This document shows positions 9,509-19,776 of a DNA stretch of 64,000 nucleotides, one piece after another; within the stretch, counting starts at the first letter, position 1; each line of letters opens with the position of its first letter. The position numbers and the translations under genes were made by a program. A model generated the notes under the pieces. The model ran no database searches. It saw only the letters and a program-made list of their open reading frames with translations, and had not been told where the DNA came from. This DNA is from Nitrosopumilaceae archaeon (GTDB taxonomy: Archaea > Thermoproteota > Nitrososphaeria > Nitrososphaerales > Nitrosopumilaceae): positions 256,001 through 320,000 of the forward strand of contig OZ242376.1 of assembly GCA_965209085.1 (NCBI GenBank), read 5' to 3'.

Positions 9509-9582
9509 TGGGAACGGTGGGATTTGAACCCACGATCTCCAGCGCCCGAGGCTGGCAGTCCACCAAGCTAACCTACGTCCCC
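9509..9582 (-). tRNA. tRNA-Pro(CGG)
   Basis: Cloverleaf GGGGACG...CCAGC-CTCGGGC-GCTGG...GTTCAAATC...CGTTCCCA. Confidence 0.95.
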
Positions 9583-9632
9583 GTGGTAAAAAACAATGCA
9601 TTGAATATTACCGTTTATGTTGGAGTGAAATT

Positions 9633-10493
9633 TTAACCGTATGACTCAAACTTTACTTCAAAACTTCCGTCGGCGCGTCTATCACGCTGAGTTACAAAGT
9701 TTTTAGGTTTTAAAAAGTCCATGACACCGTCTATTGTGCCCTGCCAGCCGCAAATATAGAATATCGTATTATCTTTGGTAATTTTTTCACCAACCATCTC
9801 TTCGAGCGGGGATTTTCCTCCGTCTTCGGGCCGCAAAAATGTCTCAACCCTGCCGGTCTGACCGCTCCATGATCTGTTAAACCATTCCTGCGGACGGCTT
9901 ATGGTAGCCCTGTATTTAAAATTCCATCCCTTGCGGTCAGAAGCTATACTCTTTTCTTCAAGATCTGTAAACAATTCTTTGTAGCTTAGCTCATCAACAT
10001 AGCTTGCCCCGTGCAGTATGATAATTTCTCTTTTGTCTCCTACATCGTGCAGGTGCTGTGCAAAGCTTACAAACGGTGCAATACCTGTTCCTCCGCCAAG
10101 ACACACTATGCGGCGGGTATCTTTTTTACCGTCGTGAAGTTTTTCGTTAATGTCAAGTGCGGCTCCGGTGGGTTTTATCCACGATATTTCATTTCCTTCT
10201 CTTGCGTTAAAAAGTTCAGTAGTCAGTCTTCCGGGAAGTGGTTTTCTGACCCATCTGATTACCAGCTCAATATACTTGTGGTTTTCTGGATGTGATGCAA
10301 TAGAGTATGCCCTTCTAATCAGCTTGCCTCCCTCGCTTGGGATGGGCATTCCTATGGTGATAAACTGGCCTGCATCATATTTGGGGACAACTCCGTCATT
10401 TGGAACCATCCTGAATATGGCCAAATCCTCCTTTAACAGCTGTACGTATGTTATAGTTGCCTTGTTTTCCTGTACCACAGCGCATGTATGCAT
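9633..10493 (-). CDS. Ferredoxin-NADP+ reductase
   Basis: RRAYSIAS, GRLT, GGGTGIAPF and YICG motifs; C-terminal ESYG; true start probably a few codons downstream. Confidence 0.88.
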   Translation of the reverse strand: MHTCAVVQENKATITYVQLLKEDLAIFRMVPNDGVVPKYDAGQFITIGMPIPSEGGKLIRRAYSIASHPENHKYIELVIRWVRKPLPGRLTTELFNAREGNEISWIKPTGAALDINEKLHDGKKDTRRIVCLGGGTGIAPFVSFAQHLHDVGDKREIIILHGASYVDELSYKELFTDLEEKSIASDRKGWNFKYRATISRPQEWFNRSWSGQTGRVETFLRPEDGGKSPLEEMVGEKITKDNTIFYICGWQGTIDGVMDFLKPKNFVTQRDRRADGSFEVKFESYG

Positions 10494-10615
10494 TATGCCA
10501 TTAAATATCTTATGAAAAAAAGGCAGAGATTGAAATCATAATTTTACCTGATGTAAAGCTAGACGTAAATAAGTACGAGTCAGGATTATGTTGTCGGATT
10601 TTATATCCGGCAAGT

Positions 10616-10689
10616 GGGCCGGTCGTCTAGTCTGGTAGGATACGCCCTTGGCATGGGTGAGATCGAGGGTTCAAATCCCTTCCGGTCCA
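10616..10689 (+). tRNA. tRNA-Ala(GGC)
   Basis: GGGCCGG...CGCCC-TTGGCAT-GGGTG...GTTCAAATC...CCGGTCCA. Confidence 0.95.
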
Positions 10690-10718
10690 TTATAAATTCA
10701 AAATTATTCCCTACGCCA

Positions 10719-11180
10719 TTATATGCCCACAAGATTTGCAGCATGCTTTGCACTCTCCCTGACCTCATCGGATTCATCATCAAATAACCCAAGTATTGCA
10801 CCACCATACTCTGCGGATTTTAAATATCCTAGCGCACCTGCAGCACACGAGCGCACCATGGATGATTCGTCTTTTACAAGATGTGCAATCTCTTTTGATT
10901 TTTTTGAATCCCCCCTGTTTGCCAAAACAAGCGCACAGTATCCGCGAACGTGTCTGTCCGCATGATTCAGACACTCTGATACGGTTTTAGAAATATCCTC
11001 ATTCATAGTAATGAGCCATGCAAACGCCTCACCTCTTACACGCAGACTCTTATCTGCAAAACATTCCACCACGCACCGTACAATATTCTCATCAGAATCT
11101 GGCAAAAGATCTTCAAGCAGATGCGCTCTTGCAAGAGGTTCAGAATCATCCAACATTTTTTGCAGATCCGCATGTTTCAT
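10719..11180 (-). CDS. HEAT-repeat protein
   Basis: Repeated D....VR..A..AL units. Confidence 0.85.
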   Translation of the reverse strand: MKHADLQKMLDDSEPLARAHLLEDLLPDSDENIVRCVVECFADKSLRVRGEAFAWLITMNEDISKTVSECLNHADRHVRGYCALVLANRGDSKKSKEIAHLVKDESSMVRSCAAGALGYLKSAEYGGAILGLFDDESDEVRESAKHAANLVGI

Positions 11181-11290
11181 TATATTGCAGGATATATTTT
11201 CATATAAAATGCATTCTCCTGCAAGAGTGCCCGTAATTATTGTGCTTTAACATATACCCTTATTTTTAACCGTCTTTACAATATATCATC

Positions 11291-12175
11291 ATGTTGTGTA
11301 ATTTGAGCAGACGGGCGGGTTTGAATGTGTTTTATAAAAAATGGATAATTGTAGGTCTTTCCGTATTGCTTGCAGGATTTATAATTTTACAAACAGCGGA
11401 GAGTGAATCGGACGCACCGCACCTGCACGGCAATCTAATTTTCTCATACTCTCCGTATACTGCAATACTTTTTGATCTTGATACGGGCATTGAAAAGGCG
11501 GAAATAAGACTGCCAAATGGAGAAATCTTTGATCTGAGCAACGCGCGTCTGACAGTTGAAAGTGACGGCAGCTTTACCATAAACCACGCATCCTCTAAAT
11601 CAATAGTGGTAATTGCCACGCCAAACGATGCGGACAATTATGCCATATCGGTACACGTTTCCATGTTTGATACGACAACTAGAAAATCAACACTTGAGAC
11701 TGCCGCATACGATGCAATACTTGCACCGCTACCACATGAGGAGCCAGCTCCTCCGGCAATAGTGGATGATAGAACAATACAAATCCTTGAAGAAACCCCT
11801 CATAGAGGCTATACGACCGAATCATTTGACTTTGACATTTTAATTGTGGATCCTACGATAAACCGCCACCGGGATATTCACTTTAATGACGGACGTGTAT
11901 CTGGCGCAACCATTAACGGTAAAATTTATGATTCTGAAAGGACATTGATGGAATCATTTACCCATACCACGCAACAAAATGATGAATATGCTCATTCCTG
12001 GCCGGTACCTTATAGCGCTACCACTAGGGGTGCCTATACCATACAAGTGGATGCAACAAAAGTGTTTGATACCGGGCATACGGCATCTGATTCCATAATT
12101 ATAGAATTTTGGGTAAATGAACGCGATGATGACTCTAATAGTATCACCAATAGTACCGGCAATAACACTAGATAA
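11291..12175 (+). CDS. Hypothetical exported/membrane-anchored beta-rich protein
   Basis: KKWIIVGLSVLLAGFIIL signal/TM segment, Pro-rich linker, Ig-like C-terminal half; start uncertain. Confidence 0.6.
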   Translation: MLCNLSRRAGLNVFYKKWIIVGLSVLLAGFIILQTAESESDAPHLHGNLIFSYSPYTAILFDLDTGIEKAEIRLPNGEIFDLSNARLTVESDGSFTINHASSKSIVVIATPNDADNYAISVHVSMFDTTTRKSTLETAAYDAILAPLPHEEPAPPAIVDDRTIQILEETPHRGYTTESFDFDILIVDPTINRHRDIHFNDGRVSGATINGKIYDSERTLMESFTHTTQQNDEYAHSWPVPYSATTRGAYTIQVDATKVFDTGHTASDSIIIEFWVNERDDDSNSITNSTGNNTR

Positions 12176-12293
12176 TAAAATACAAGTCAAAAACCATCAG
12201 CATATCTTGGATCTGACACAATCCCATTTGCCATAAACGGCTGCAAGCCTGATTTCTTCTAGGTTTAAATTATGCAGGGCGTGAATTGTCCAT

Positions 12294-12578
12294 ATGTCGA
12301 CTGAGGCAAATGATACGATATTCATTGGCAAAAAACCGTTAATGGCATATGTAACCTCCACGCTGATACAGCTGGCCAACCTACCCGTCGTCCACATAAA
12401 GGCCAGAGGCATGAGCATAGGCCGGGCTGTTGATGTGGCGCAGATCATCGTTCGCAAGACCGAGGGTGCCGGCTACGCAATTGGAGACATCCGAATCGGC
12501 TCCGAAGCCATGGAGTCAAAAGACGGCAAACCCCGCAACGTCTCGACAATTGAAATACAGGTAAAGCGTAACGCATAA
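12294..12578 (+). CDS. albA: DNA/RNA-binding protein Alba
   Basis: IFIGKKPLMAYV, IKARGMSIGRAVDVA and NVSTIEI motifs. Confidence 0.95.
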   Translation: MSTEANDTIFIGKKPLMAYVTSTLIQLANLPVVHIKARGMSIGRAVDVAQIIVRKTEGAGYAIGDIRIGSEAMESKDGKPRNVSTIEIQVKRNA

Positions 12579-12629
12579 AATACCAATTATTTTTATTTTC
12601 ACATCCCGCGCATGGGAATACCGTGCATG

Positions 12630-12869
12630 CTAATCGTGTTTTTTCTTGCCGGTCCATTCCTCGTATGTTTTTATGAGACCGTCGATGTCTTTTTTCTCTT
12701 CCGAGTATGCGACAAATATTCCAAACTCGCCCTTTGAATCATGACCTCTTGCATAATAACCCCAGAAACTATCCGGCAGTTTCTCAAAACTGGATTTGTT
12801 TTTTGCCACGCCCATGAGGTTTTTGGCCAACGTTGCTGCAACACTTGATGCGTCATCTGAATCGATCAT
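12630..12869 (-). CDS. Hypothetical protein
   Basis: 79-aa ORF with normal composition, co-oriented with padR. Confidence 0.65.
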   Translation of the reverse strand: MIDSDDASSVAATLAKNLMGVAKNKSSFEKLPDSFWGYYARGHDSKGEFGIFVAYSEEKKDIDGLIKTYEEWTGKKKHD

Positions 12870-12899
12870 GTATGAATTTTGATGCCCCGTGATAAAAGC

Positions 12900-13382
12900 C
12901 TAGTCTTGCTTTTCTTTTTTGGCATCAAGCCTTGCAAGCTCTGATTTTAAAAATTCCCTGTATTCATCTTCGCCGCCGCTCTTTGAAGCTCCCGGATACT
13001 CGCCGCTGACTCCTGCCACGAGTCTCTCAACCATATCCGATAGGACAAACTTGCCCACGTTGCCCAGCGCCATTATGGTGTCAATCTGTTTTTTTACCGC
13101 CTGCCCGACGCGGTCAATATCTTCTGAGGTTTTTCTGCCTTTTTCCGTTACGGTGTATTTGCCTCCATCCTCTTCAAGAATTAATTTTTCAACTACAAGT
13201 CTTGCAAGCATTGGATATATCAGACCAGGTGATGGCTTCCAAACCCCTTTGCTTTTTCTCTCGGCATCCTCTATGATCTCTTTGCCCGTGCGGGGCTCTT
13301 CCTTTAGAGTCTCTAAAATGAAATATCTTGAAAATCCCCTTGGAACTACGCACTCGAATAGTCTGTCTACCATGTGCATCAT
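12900..13382 (-). CDS. PadR-family transcriptional regulator
   Basis: GKEII...WKPSPGLIYPML..L...Y.VTEKG. Confidence 0.9.
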   Translation of the reverse strand: MMHMVDRLFECVVPRGFSRYFILETLKEEPRTGKEIIEDAERKSKGVWKPSPGLIYPMLARLVVEKLILEEDGGKYTVTEKGRKTSEDIDRVGQAVKKQIDTIMALGNVGKFVLSDMVERLVAGVSGEYPGASKSGGEDEYREFLKSELARLDAKKEKQD

Positions 13383-13535
13383 ATCGCTAGCGATATATAT
13401 TAACTATTTGATACAGAAACTTTGAAAATATATCTATTTTTAAATATAATGAGTGCATAAATTATAGTAATACGCGTTATTTTTTAATAAACTGCAAAAT
13501 GATTATAGTTTGGTTTAATGAATCAAGGGTTCTAG

Positions 13536-13890
13536 ATGAATGCTAAATCGTTTACCAAACCCAATGGGAAGATCATCGAATCTACATTTCAGCCAAATTT
13601 GCTGCCACCACAAATTTTCTATAATGATACTGCAATTACAGGCGAAATACACAAACAATCTTGATGAAATTCATGCCAACAGCAACGCGCGCCAACTAGT
13701 GGATCATTTGTTTGAAAACTCCTATATCACAATACCCAAAGCCCAGGAATTATTGTCCATAACATACCCGTCTGCAAAAAACGTGGTTCAGGTACTGATC
13801 AAAGCCAAAATACTAGAGGCATCAAAAATACCTTATCGCAGCAAAGTTTTCCATGCCAGAGAAATAGAAATTCATGCAGTAAAGCGTTGA
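13536..13890 (+). pseudogene. Fic-family gene remnant with the catalytic core deleted
   Basis: ATG 13536 gives a Fic-like N-terminus (...TFQPNLLPP), joined out of frame to a Fic-like C-terminal HTH (LVDHLFENSYITIP...ITYPSAK); no HPFxDGNGR motif. Confidence 0.65.
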
Positions 13891-14245
13891 AAAGTACCCC
13901 TACCTGATAATCCAATAACATCGTGATTTCTCCGCATCTGATTGAGTTGTCTTTGCAGAATAATCTTTATGATCTCTAGTAATATTTTATCCATGAGGTC
14001 ATATCATGTCTAAAATTTATGCAATAAATGAAAATGCAGATATAAAATAGTACAAGGTGCAGATCTTGTATTTTTTTCTAAATATCCTAATAGAGTTTAT
14101 ACATAATCAATCGAAGAGACATACGATTCTGATTATGACGGTCATGATCAAAACGCACATGGCCTAAAACCTTCAAGTAGACAAATTAAAATGTCCCATA
14201 CATGACAAAAAGCAGAATATTATGCGTGACTTACATAAATATGTG

Positions 14246-15442
14246 CTATTTGATTTTCGGGCAGACTTTTTCCAACAGTTTGATGTATTTAGGATCTTTT
14301 AACATTATATGCAAATTGGTTAATCCTGTAACCACTTGGAGTTCTATATGAAACGTATCAATGTTATCATTATATACGGCACTCATTCTGCGGAACCATT
14401 TGAGTCGGTTTATAGCATGCTCTGTTTTTATGAGCTTACGACTGATCCTCTTTTTGTATTCGTGTTCTGTCAATCCCCTGTCTTTTGGTTTTTTGTACGG
14501 CTGTTTTGAGATAATTCCGGGATAGTCTTTTTCCACGGACAAGTATCCCTTGTCGGTGTAGCATGTAATTCGGCACTCTTTTTCTGTGTCCGGATTTTTC
14601 ATGCCATCGGTCCATTTACCAAAGTTTGGCGGATTGTGCCGCAATACCTCCATGTCGTGTACTGGACACTCTTTTGGACCGCCAACGTCAAGTACCAACC
14701 CGTCCTTGTTGGAGGTTATCTGTACGTTGTAGATACATTTCTTGTACTCTTCAGAGTCGTGTACTGTTTCTTGGTTCTGCAGTATTTGAACATGTACAAA
14801 CGTATCATCAAGATACATCTCACCGCCGCCCCTGCCTGGTACGAATTTTTTAAACGACTTGATTGTATGTTCTGCCCGTATTGCGGTGGCAACATTCTTG
14901 GCAGTTGGAAGGATACTCATCAACAGTTCTTCGGCAAGGATCACATATTCAATGATGGTGCTGGGATCAACATCTACAATGAGCGCTTGTATTTCATGTT
15001 TGTAGTTGCTGTGCTTGTAACATAGTACGACAAACAAGACTTGCTTTACAGTAAGGATATTGATGTTTCCCAGATCGTTGGCATATTCTGAAAAGCTGCG
15101 GGCATCTGGCGAGCCTTTAACGGCTTTTTTGAACCGTTCTAGAATCCATTCAAACTCTTCACAATCCATTCCGGTATCCTTGTACAAATGATCCTCATTT
15201 TCAATTTCACGGTCCAAATATCCATCAACTTGTTGCTTAATGTCCTCATCACTTGGTAACGCCTCATTGTAGAGTTGTTCTATTTCTGACTTGGAAATTG
15301 TCCCATCCATTTCTAACTCGGAAATTATTTCATCCATTTCTGACTTGGAAATTACATCATCCATTTTGGGCATTATACGCATATTTGAAGCACCCATGCT
15401 GTATGAATGTGATCCTTGATCATAGACCTTTTGATCCGTCAA
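14246..15442 (-). CDS. IS5-family transposase, diverged but full length
   Basis: Clear paralogue of 907..2106; YTDKGY and EHAI retained, YSGK motif lost. Confidence 0.85.
   Translation of the reverse strand: MTDQKVYDQGSHSYSMGASNMRIMPKMDDVISKSEMDEIISELEMDGTISKSEIEQLYNEALPSDEDIKQQVDGYLDREIENEDHLYKDTGMDCEEFEWILERFKKAVKGSPDARSFSEYANDLGNINILTVKQVLFVVLCYKHSNYKHEIQALIVDVDPSTIIEYVILAEELLMSILPTAKNVATAIRAEHTIKSFKKFVPGRGGGEMYLDDTFVHVQILQNQETVHDSEEYKKCIYNVQITSNKDGLVLDVGGPKECPVHDMEVLRHNPPNFGKWTDGMKNPDTEKECRITCYTDKGYLSVEKDYPGIISKQPYKKPKDRGLTEHEYKKRISRKLIKTEHAINRLKWFRRMSAVYNDNIDTFHIELQVVTGLTNLHIMLKDPKYIKLLEKVCPKIK
15282..15362 (-). repeat. 27-bp in-frame tandem repeat, 3 copies (MDxxISxxE)
   Basis: On +: ATTTCTGACTTGGAAATTGTCCCATCC / ATTTCTAACTCGGAAATTATTTCATCC / ATTTCTGACTTGGAAATTACATCATCC. 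Confidence 0.85.
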
Positions 15443-15546
15443 AATTGCCTTTTTGGTTAATTATATACGCTCTACGAGGATGTTAAGTATATGTGCCATT
15501 TCGATATGTGGTAATTATGTATAAGCCTGAAATCAATAACAATTTC

Positions 15547-15783
15547 TTACATTGATTCCAATTTTTTATTTTCAACCAACTTTACTTCAAAATCCATAGA
15601 ACCGTCTGAAATTATTTTTTTATGATGTTTTGGAAATGTCTTGACATATCCGGATATTATCTTGACGACTTGATCACTCAAGTCAGATTTCTTTTTTGCC
15701 ACTGTGATGATTTCTGGATTATTTACACATTGTGCAATATACTGGCCCTCTGATTTCATGTAATTTACTAATATTTTTATCAT
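15547..15783 (-). CDS. HicB-like small protein (orphan antitoxin-like)
   Basis: Start at ATG 15783; EGQYIAQC...PEIITVA resembles the HicB N-terminal domain. Confidence 0.5.
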   Translation of the reverse strand: MIKILVNYMKSEGQYIAQCVNNPEIITVAKKKSDLSDQVVKIISGYVKTFPKHHKKIISDGSMDFEVKLVENKKLESM

Positions 15784-15964
15784 ACAACAAACGTAAAATA
15801 TGAATATAAATATCTTTGATGAACGGATCTTGTAAATTGTGATAGTATCATAATTTATCAATATAAAAATGCATGATATTTGATAAAAATCGTTATCTAA
15901 TACGTACATTTGGACGGTATTTTGCCGCGTTTACTATTTAACCAAGCCGCCGCACTCACATATA

Positions 15965-17677
15965 ATGGCCGAATCCATTGATTTTGACCTGATAATATGC
16001 GGCTCCGGATTAGCCGGACTGCGAGCGGCAATTTCTGCTTCTCAGAAAAACCCAAAGATTCGGATAGGCGTCGTCTCAAAGGTGCAGGTAATGCGTTCGC
16101 ATTCAGTATCTGCTGAAGGCGGAACAGCTGCGGTCATAGCCGAAGACAGGGGCGATACGATAGAATCCCACATTTATGATACTGTAAAGGGCAGCGATTT
16201 TTTAGCCGATCAGGATGTGGTATCTAGACTCTGCAACGAGATGCCAAAACAAATCTTCCAGCTTGATCGCTGGGGAATGCCATGGTCGCGCGAAAAAGAC
16301 GGAAGAATTGCACAGCGGGCGTTTGGTGGATACAGCTATGCGCGCGCAACATACGCTTCAGATAAAGTGGGATTTTATGAAATGCAGACCCTATATGATA
16401 CGTGCCAGAAATTTGAAAACATTGAATATCTTAACGAATGGTTTGCAACCTCAATAATACATGATGGACAAAAATTCATGGGTATAACTGCAATAGAGAT
16501 TGGCACAGGAACTTTTTACGAGATAAAGGGAAAAGCGCTGATAATGGCCACGGGCGGAGCGGGACGCATATACAGCTTTACAACATATGCCCACTCTTCC
16601 ACACCTGACGGACTTGACATGGCGTACAGGGCAGGAATGGCACTCAAAGACATGGAGTTTATCCAGTTTCATCCCACCGGCGTTATACCGTCGGGAATTT
16701 TGATAACAGAAGGCGCAAGGGGAGAGGGAGGATATCTTTTAAACAACAAAGGCGAGCGGTTTATGAAAAGATACGCTGAATCCAAGATGGAGCTTGCACC
16801 AAGGGATATTGTTTCACGCTCCATCATAACGGAGATAAACGAGGGACGCGGTTTCAAACACGAAACGGGCGTGGACTGTATGAAGATGGACCTGCGCCAC
16901 ATCGGGGATGAGACCATAAAGGAGAAACTTGGCGGAATACGCGAAATTTCGCTAAAATTTTCAGGAATTGATCCATCAAAAGAGATGATGGATATAAGGC
17001 CCGTATGCCACTATATGATGGGCGGAATACATACGGATATTGACGGCAAAGCAGAGCTTGCCGGCGTCTGGGCTGCCGGCGAGGTTGCATGCAACAGCGT
17101 GCACGGCTCAAACAGGCTTGGTGCAAATTCAACTTCAGAGTGTTTGGTGTGGGGCGAGATTACCGGCAAATTGGCAGCTGAATACGTGGAGAGAGGCGTC
17201 TCATCTTCTCCGTGGCCGCACCACCTGGTCGTATCTGAGGAAAAACGCATCTATGATGGAATATTTCGGGGCAGCGGCAAGGTAAACCCGTACGAGGTGC
17301 GCGAAGAGCTGACAAATACGATGAACGAAAAAGCGTATGTATACAGAAACAACGATCAGCTTGTAGAGGGACTCAAAAAGATACGCGAGCTGCACGATCA
17401 AACATGGAAGCACGTGGATGATGGGGCCAAAGAATACAATACGAATTTTATAAACGTAATGGAGCTTGATTCAATGTTCCGTACGACCGAAGTTGTACTG
17501 CTTGGCGCCATAAACCGCAGAGAATCAAGGGGCTCGCATGCAAGAGTGGACTATCCTGCACGTGATGACGTTAATTTTCTCCATCATACGCTCGCGTACA
17601 GCGGGGAGAGGGAACCGATTATGAAAACATATCCGGTGAAAATAACAAACTATAAGCCCGTGGAGAGAAAATACTGA
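15965..17677 (+). CDS. sdhA: Succinate dehydrogenase flavoprotein subunit
   Basis: GSGLAG, RSHSVSAEGG, QFHPT, LITEGARGEGG, ELAPRD, HGSNRLG and RESRGSH motifs. Confidence 0.96.
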   Translation: MAESIDFDLIICGSGLAGLRAAISASQKNPKIRIGVVSKVQVMRSHSVSAEGGTAAVIAEDRGDTIESHIYDTVKGSDFLADQDVVSRLCNEMPKQIFQLDRWGMPWSREKDGRIAQRAFGGYSYARATYASDKVGFYEMQTLYDTCQKFENIEYLNEWFATSIIHDGQKFMGITAIEIGTGTFYEIKGKALIMATGGAGRIYSFTTYAHSSTPDGLDMAYRAGMALKDMEFIQFHPTGVIPSGILITEGARGEGGYLLNNKGERFMKRYAESKMELAPRDIVSRSIITEINEGRGFKHETGVDCMKMDLRHIGDETIKEKLGGIREISLKFSGIDPSKEMMDIRPVCHYMMGGIHTDIDGKAELAGVWAAGEVACNSVHGSNRLGANSTSECLVWGEITGKLAAEYVERGVSSSPWPHHLVVSEEKRIYDGIFRGSGKVNPYEVREELTNTMNEKAYVYRNNDQLVEGLKKIRELHDQTWKHVDDGAKEYNTNFINVMELDSMFRTTEVVLLGAINRRESRGSHARVDYPARDDVNFLHHTLAYSGEREPIMKTYPVKITNYKPVERKY

Positions 17678-17679
17678 CC

Positions 17680-18114
17680 ATGGAAAACGCCGGTGAAAAC
17701 AGCGGAGGAATACGCGACATGGCAAACCCGCGCAGATACGGGATTGAGCGCGTAGCGTATATTTTGATGCGCATAACCGGACTTGGATTACTGGCGTACT
17801 TTGTAGGCCACATATACGAGACTAGCACCATACTGCAGGGTAAGGTGAGCTGGAACGAGATGCTTGCCATGACACAGACTGTGGAAGGTCATGCATTTTT
17901 GGCGATTATAATCGGAATGTGCGTCTTTCATACGGCAAACGGCATACGCCTAATGTTAGGTTACGGCGGACTTGGCATGGGAAGACCCATGCGTCCGGAC
18001 TATCCGTACCCTCCAATGTCTCAGGGCGTGCGCCATAAAATTGGAATATACTCTTCGATAGTTTTGGCAGCTGCTGCAATGCTGTACGGTCTCTCGGTGA
18101 TGTTTGGTGAATAA
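17680..18114 (+). CDS. sdhC: Succinate dehydrogenase cytochrome b subunit
   Basis: RITG and FHTANGIR motifs; 3 TM segments; operon position. Confidence 0.88.
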   Translation: MENAGENSGGIRDMANPRRYGIERVAYILMRITGLGLLAYFVGHIYETSTILQGKVSWNEMLAMTQTVEGHAFLAIIIGMCVFHTANGIRLMLGYGGLGMGRPMRPDYPYPPMSQGVRHKIGIYSSIVLAAAAMLYGLSVMFGE

Positions 18115-18117
18115 ACG

Positions 18118-18462
18118 ATGAGAGAGAGCCACCTGATGAAGATACATTATGCAACCGCCCTAGCATCTGTTGCACTAGTAGCTGTGCACGTACTCTTTCG
18201 CGTATCGCGGGGATTTACCGAATCTTTGGAGTATGAGAGCGTAATTGCAAATTATGAATTTCTTCCATACGCTGGCATACTTGGAGCCATACTCGTATTA
18301 CTCTCGATACACGGCTTTAACGGCTTGCGCGTCATACTAATAGAGCTACATCAGGGTAGAATATATGAGAAATTCGTCTCTTATGGGTGTCTTGTGGCAA
18401 TGATTGCAGTTATTGCGTACGGTTCAAGAACCATTATAGTGGTAGGAATGGGTGGAGCATAG
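18118..18462 (+). CDS. sdhD: Succinate dehydrogenase membrane anchor
   Basis: HGFNGLRVIL; 3 TM segments; operon position. Confidence 0.85.
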   Translation: MRESHLMKIHYATALASVALVAVHVLFRVSRGFTESLEYESVIANYEFLPYAGILGAILVLLSIHGFNGLRVILIELHQGRIYEKFVSYGCLVAMIAVIAYGSRTIIVVGMGGA

Positions 18463-19191
18463 ATGGCAACTGTACAGCAGATTTCCAGGATGATTACAGT
18501 AAAGATAGCCCGGCAGGAAGCTGACGGTACGGGCAAAAAATTCATGTCATATAGGGTACCTGCTGAAAAATGGACCACCGTGCTTGATGCCATACTGGAT
18601 GTAAAAAAACATCTGGATCACTCCATAGGTGTGAGGTATTCGTGCCGGCAGGCCACGTGCGGCTCTTGCGGCATGATGATAAACGGCAAACCCCGTCTTG
18701 CCTGTTTTACAAAGCTGGACGAGCTGGATTCAGATGAGATTACAATAGAGCCGATGAAAAACTTTCCAATAATACGGGATTTGGCAGTAAAGTTTGACCG
18801 CATGTTTGCAACGCACCGCAAGCTAAAACCGTACATTATACGCGAGGACTCTGATGTAAAACCTGGCGACCGCGATCTGATACAGACTCCAGAAGAGCTT
18901 GAAAAATTCATCCAGTTTTCCGGATGTATAAAGTGCGGTTTGTGCAACTCTGCGTGCCCGACAATGGCAACTGATAACTCGTTTGTTGGTCCCCAAGCTT
19001 TGTCGCAGGCATACAGGTACATTGCAGACAACCGCGACAAGGGTAAAGATGATCGTCTGCGGATTATTGATGACTCGCACGGAATTTGGCGCTGTCATTC
19101 TGCCGGTTCGTGCAGCAAGGTGTGTCCGAAAGGTGTGGATCCTGCAATGGGAATACAGCTGTTGCGCGGATATCTTTTGGGATTTAAATAA
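18463..19191 (+). CDS. sdhB: Succinate dehydrogenase Fe-S subunit
   Basis: SCRQATCGSC, CIKCGLCNSACP and CHSAGSCSKVCP clusters. Confidence 0.95.
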   Translation: MATVQQISRMITVKIARQEADGTGKKFMSYRVPAEKWTTVLDAILDVKKHLDHSIGVRYSCRQATCGSCGMMINGKPRLACFTKLDELDSDEITIEPMKNFPIIRDLAVKFDRMFATHRKLKPYIIREDSDVKPGDRDLIQTPEELEKFIQFSGCIKCGLCNSACPTMATDNSFVGPQALSQAYRYIADNRDKGKDDRLRIIDDSHGIWRCHSAGSCSKVCPKGVDPAMGIQLLRGYLLGFK

Positions 19192-19359
19192 TTAATAATT
19201 AATAATACATGATGGAAATTAAATTACTTTTGTAATTTTGATTGTCATCATGGGCAATTGTTGTTGCCAAAATTTTCAGCAAAATAATTGGAACCGCAGT
19301 TCTTGTAATTGCAACGGTGGTTTATTGTTCATTATGCGCGGATAAAATTATAACATATT

Positions 19360-19436
19360 ATACCATATGTATAATGAACCAAATTCACAATTTTTACGAA
19401 CAAAATGATTGATTTGAATGATTATGCACAAGGTAT
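19360..19436. mobile_element. 77-bp MITE, uninterrupted diverged copy
   Basis: ATACCATATGTATAAT...AAATTCACAATTTTTACGAA...ATTATGCACAAGGTAT with ATT on both flanks; homologous to 4007-4079. Confidence 0.8.
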
Positions 19437-19464
19437 ATTCATAAAAATATGGCAGATTATAAAT

Positions 19465-19776
19465 TTAATGATTGTTTTTAAACTTGTTATCTAATAATGT
19501 GAAAATCTCATCAATTTTTTTTTGAGTATTACTTGAAATATTCCACAGTACTTTAGAATTAGATTTTATTTGTACAATGGAATTATTTTTTTGTGCCGAT
19601 ATAAATATTTCAATATGTTCCCCAAAAGAAAAAAAACTAACATTTACCGATATGTCGATATGACGTAATTTTGGATCAGATTTTTTAATATTGTATATAT
19701 TTTGAATATTTGAAATAAGAAAATCAAATATGGTGTCTGGGTTTTCAATGTACGTATTTTGTCCAACTGATTTCAT
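19465..19776 (-). CDS. Small hypothetical alpha/beta protein, translationally coupled to the TIR gene
   Basis: 4-bp start/stop overlap with 19773..20426; SFFSFGEHIEI motif. Confidence 0.75.
   Translation of the reverse strand: MKSVGQNTYIENPDTIFDFLISNIQNIYNIKKSDPKLRHIDISVNVSFFSFGEHIEIFISAQKNNSIVQIKSNSKVLWNISSNTQKKIDEIFTLLDNKFKNNH

Larger units (their letters stand above)
14092..15473 (-). mobile_element. IS5-like insertion sequence, copy 3 (diverged)
   Basis: TIR AGAGTTTATACATAAT (14092-14107) preceded by AAT; 3' UTR homologous to copies 1 and 2; other TIR degenerate (about 15460-15473). Confidence 0.75.

Noticed and set aside
15784-15909. N-terminal extension of the 120-aa ORF
   Set aside because: Low-complexity AT-rich translation across the divergent promoter region; ATG 15783 is the more plausible start.
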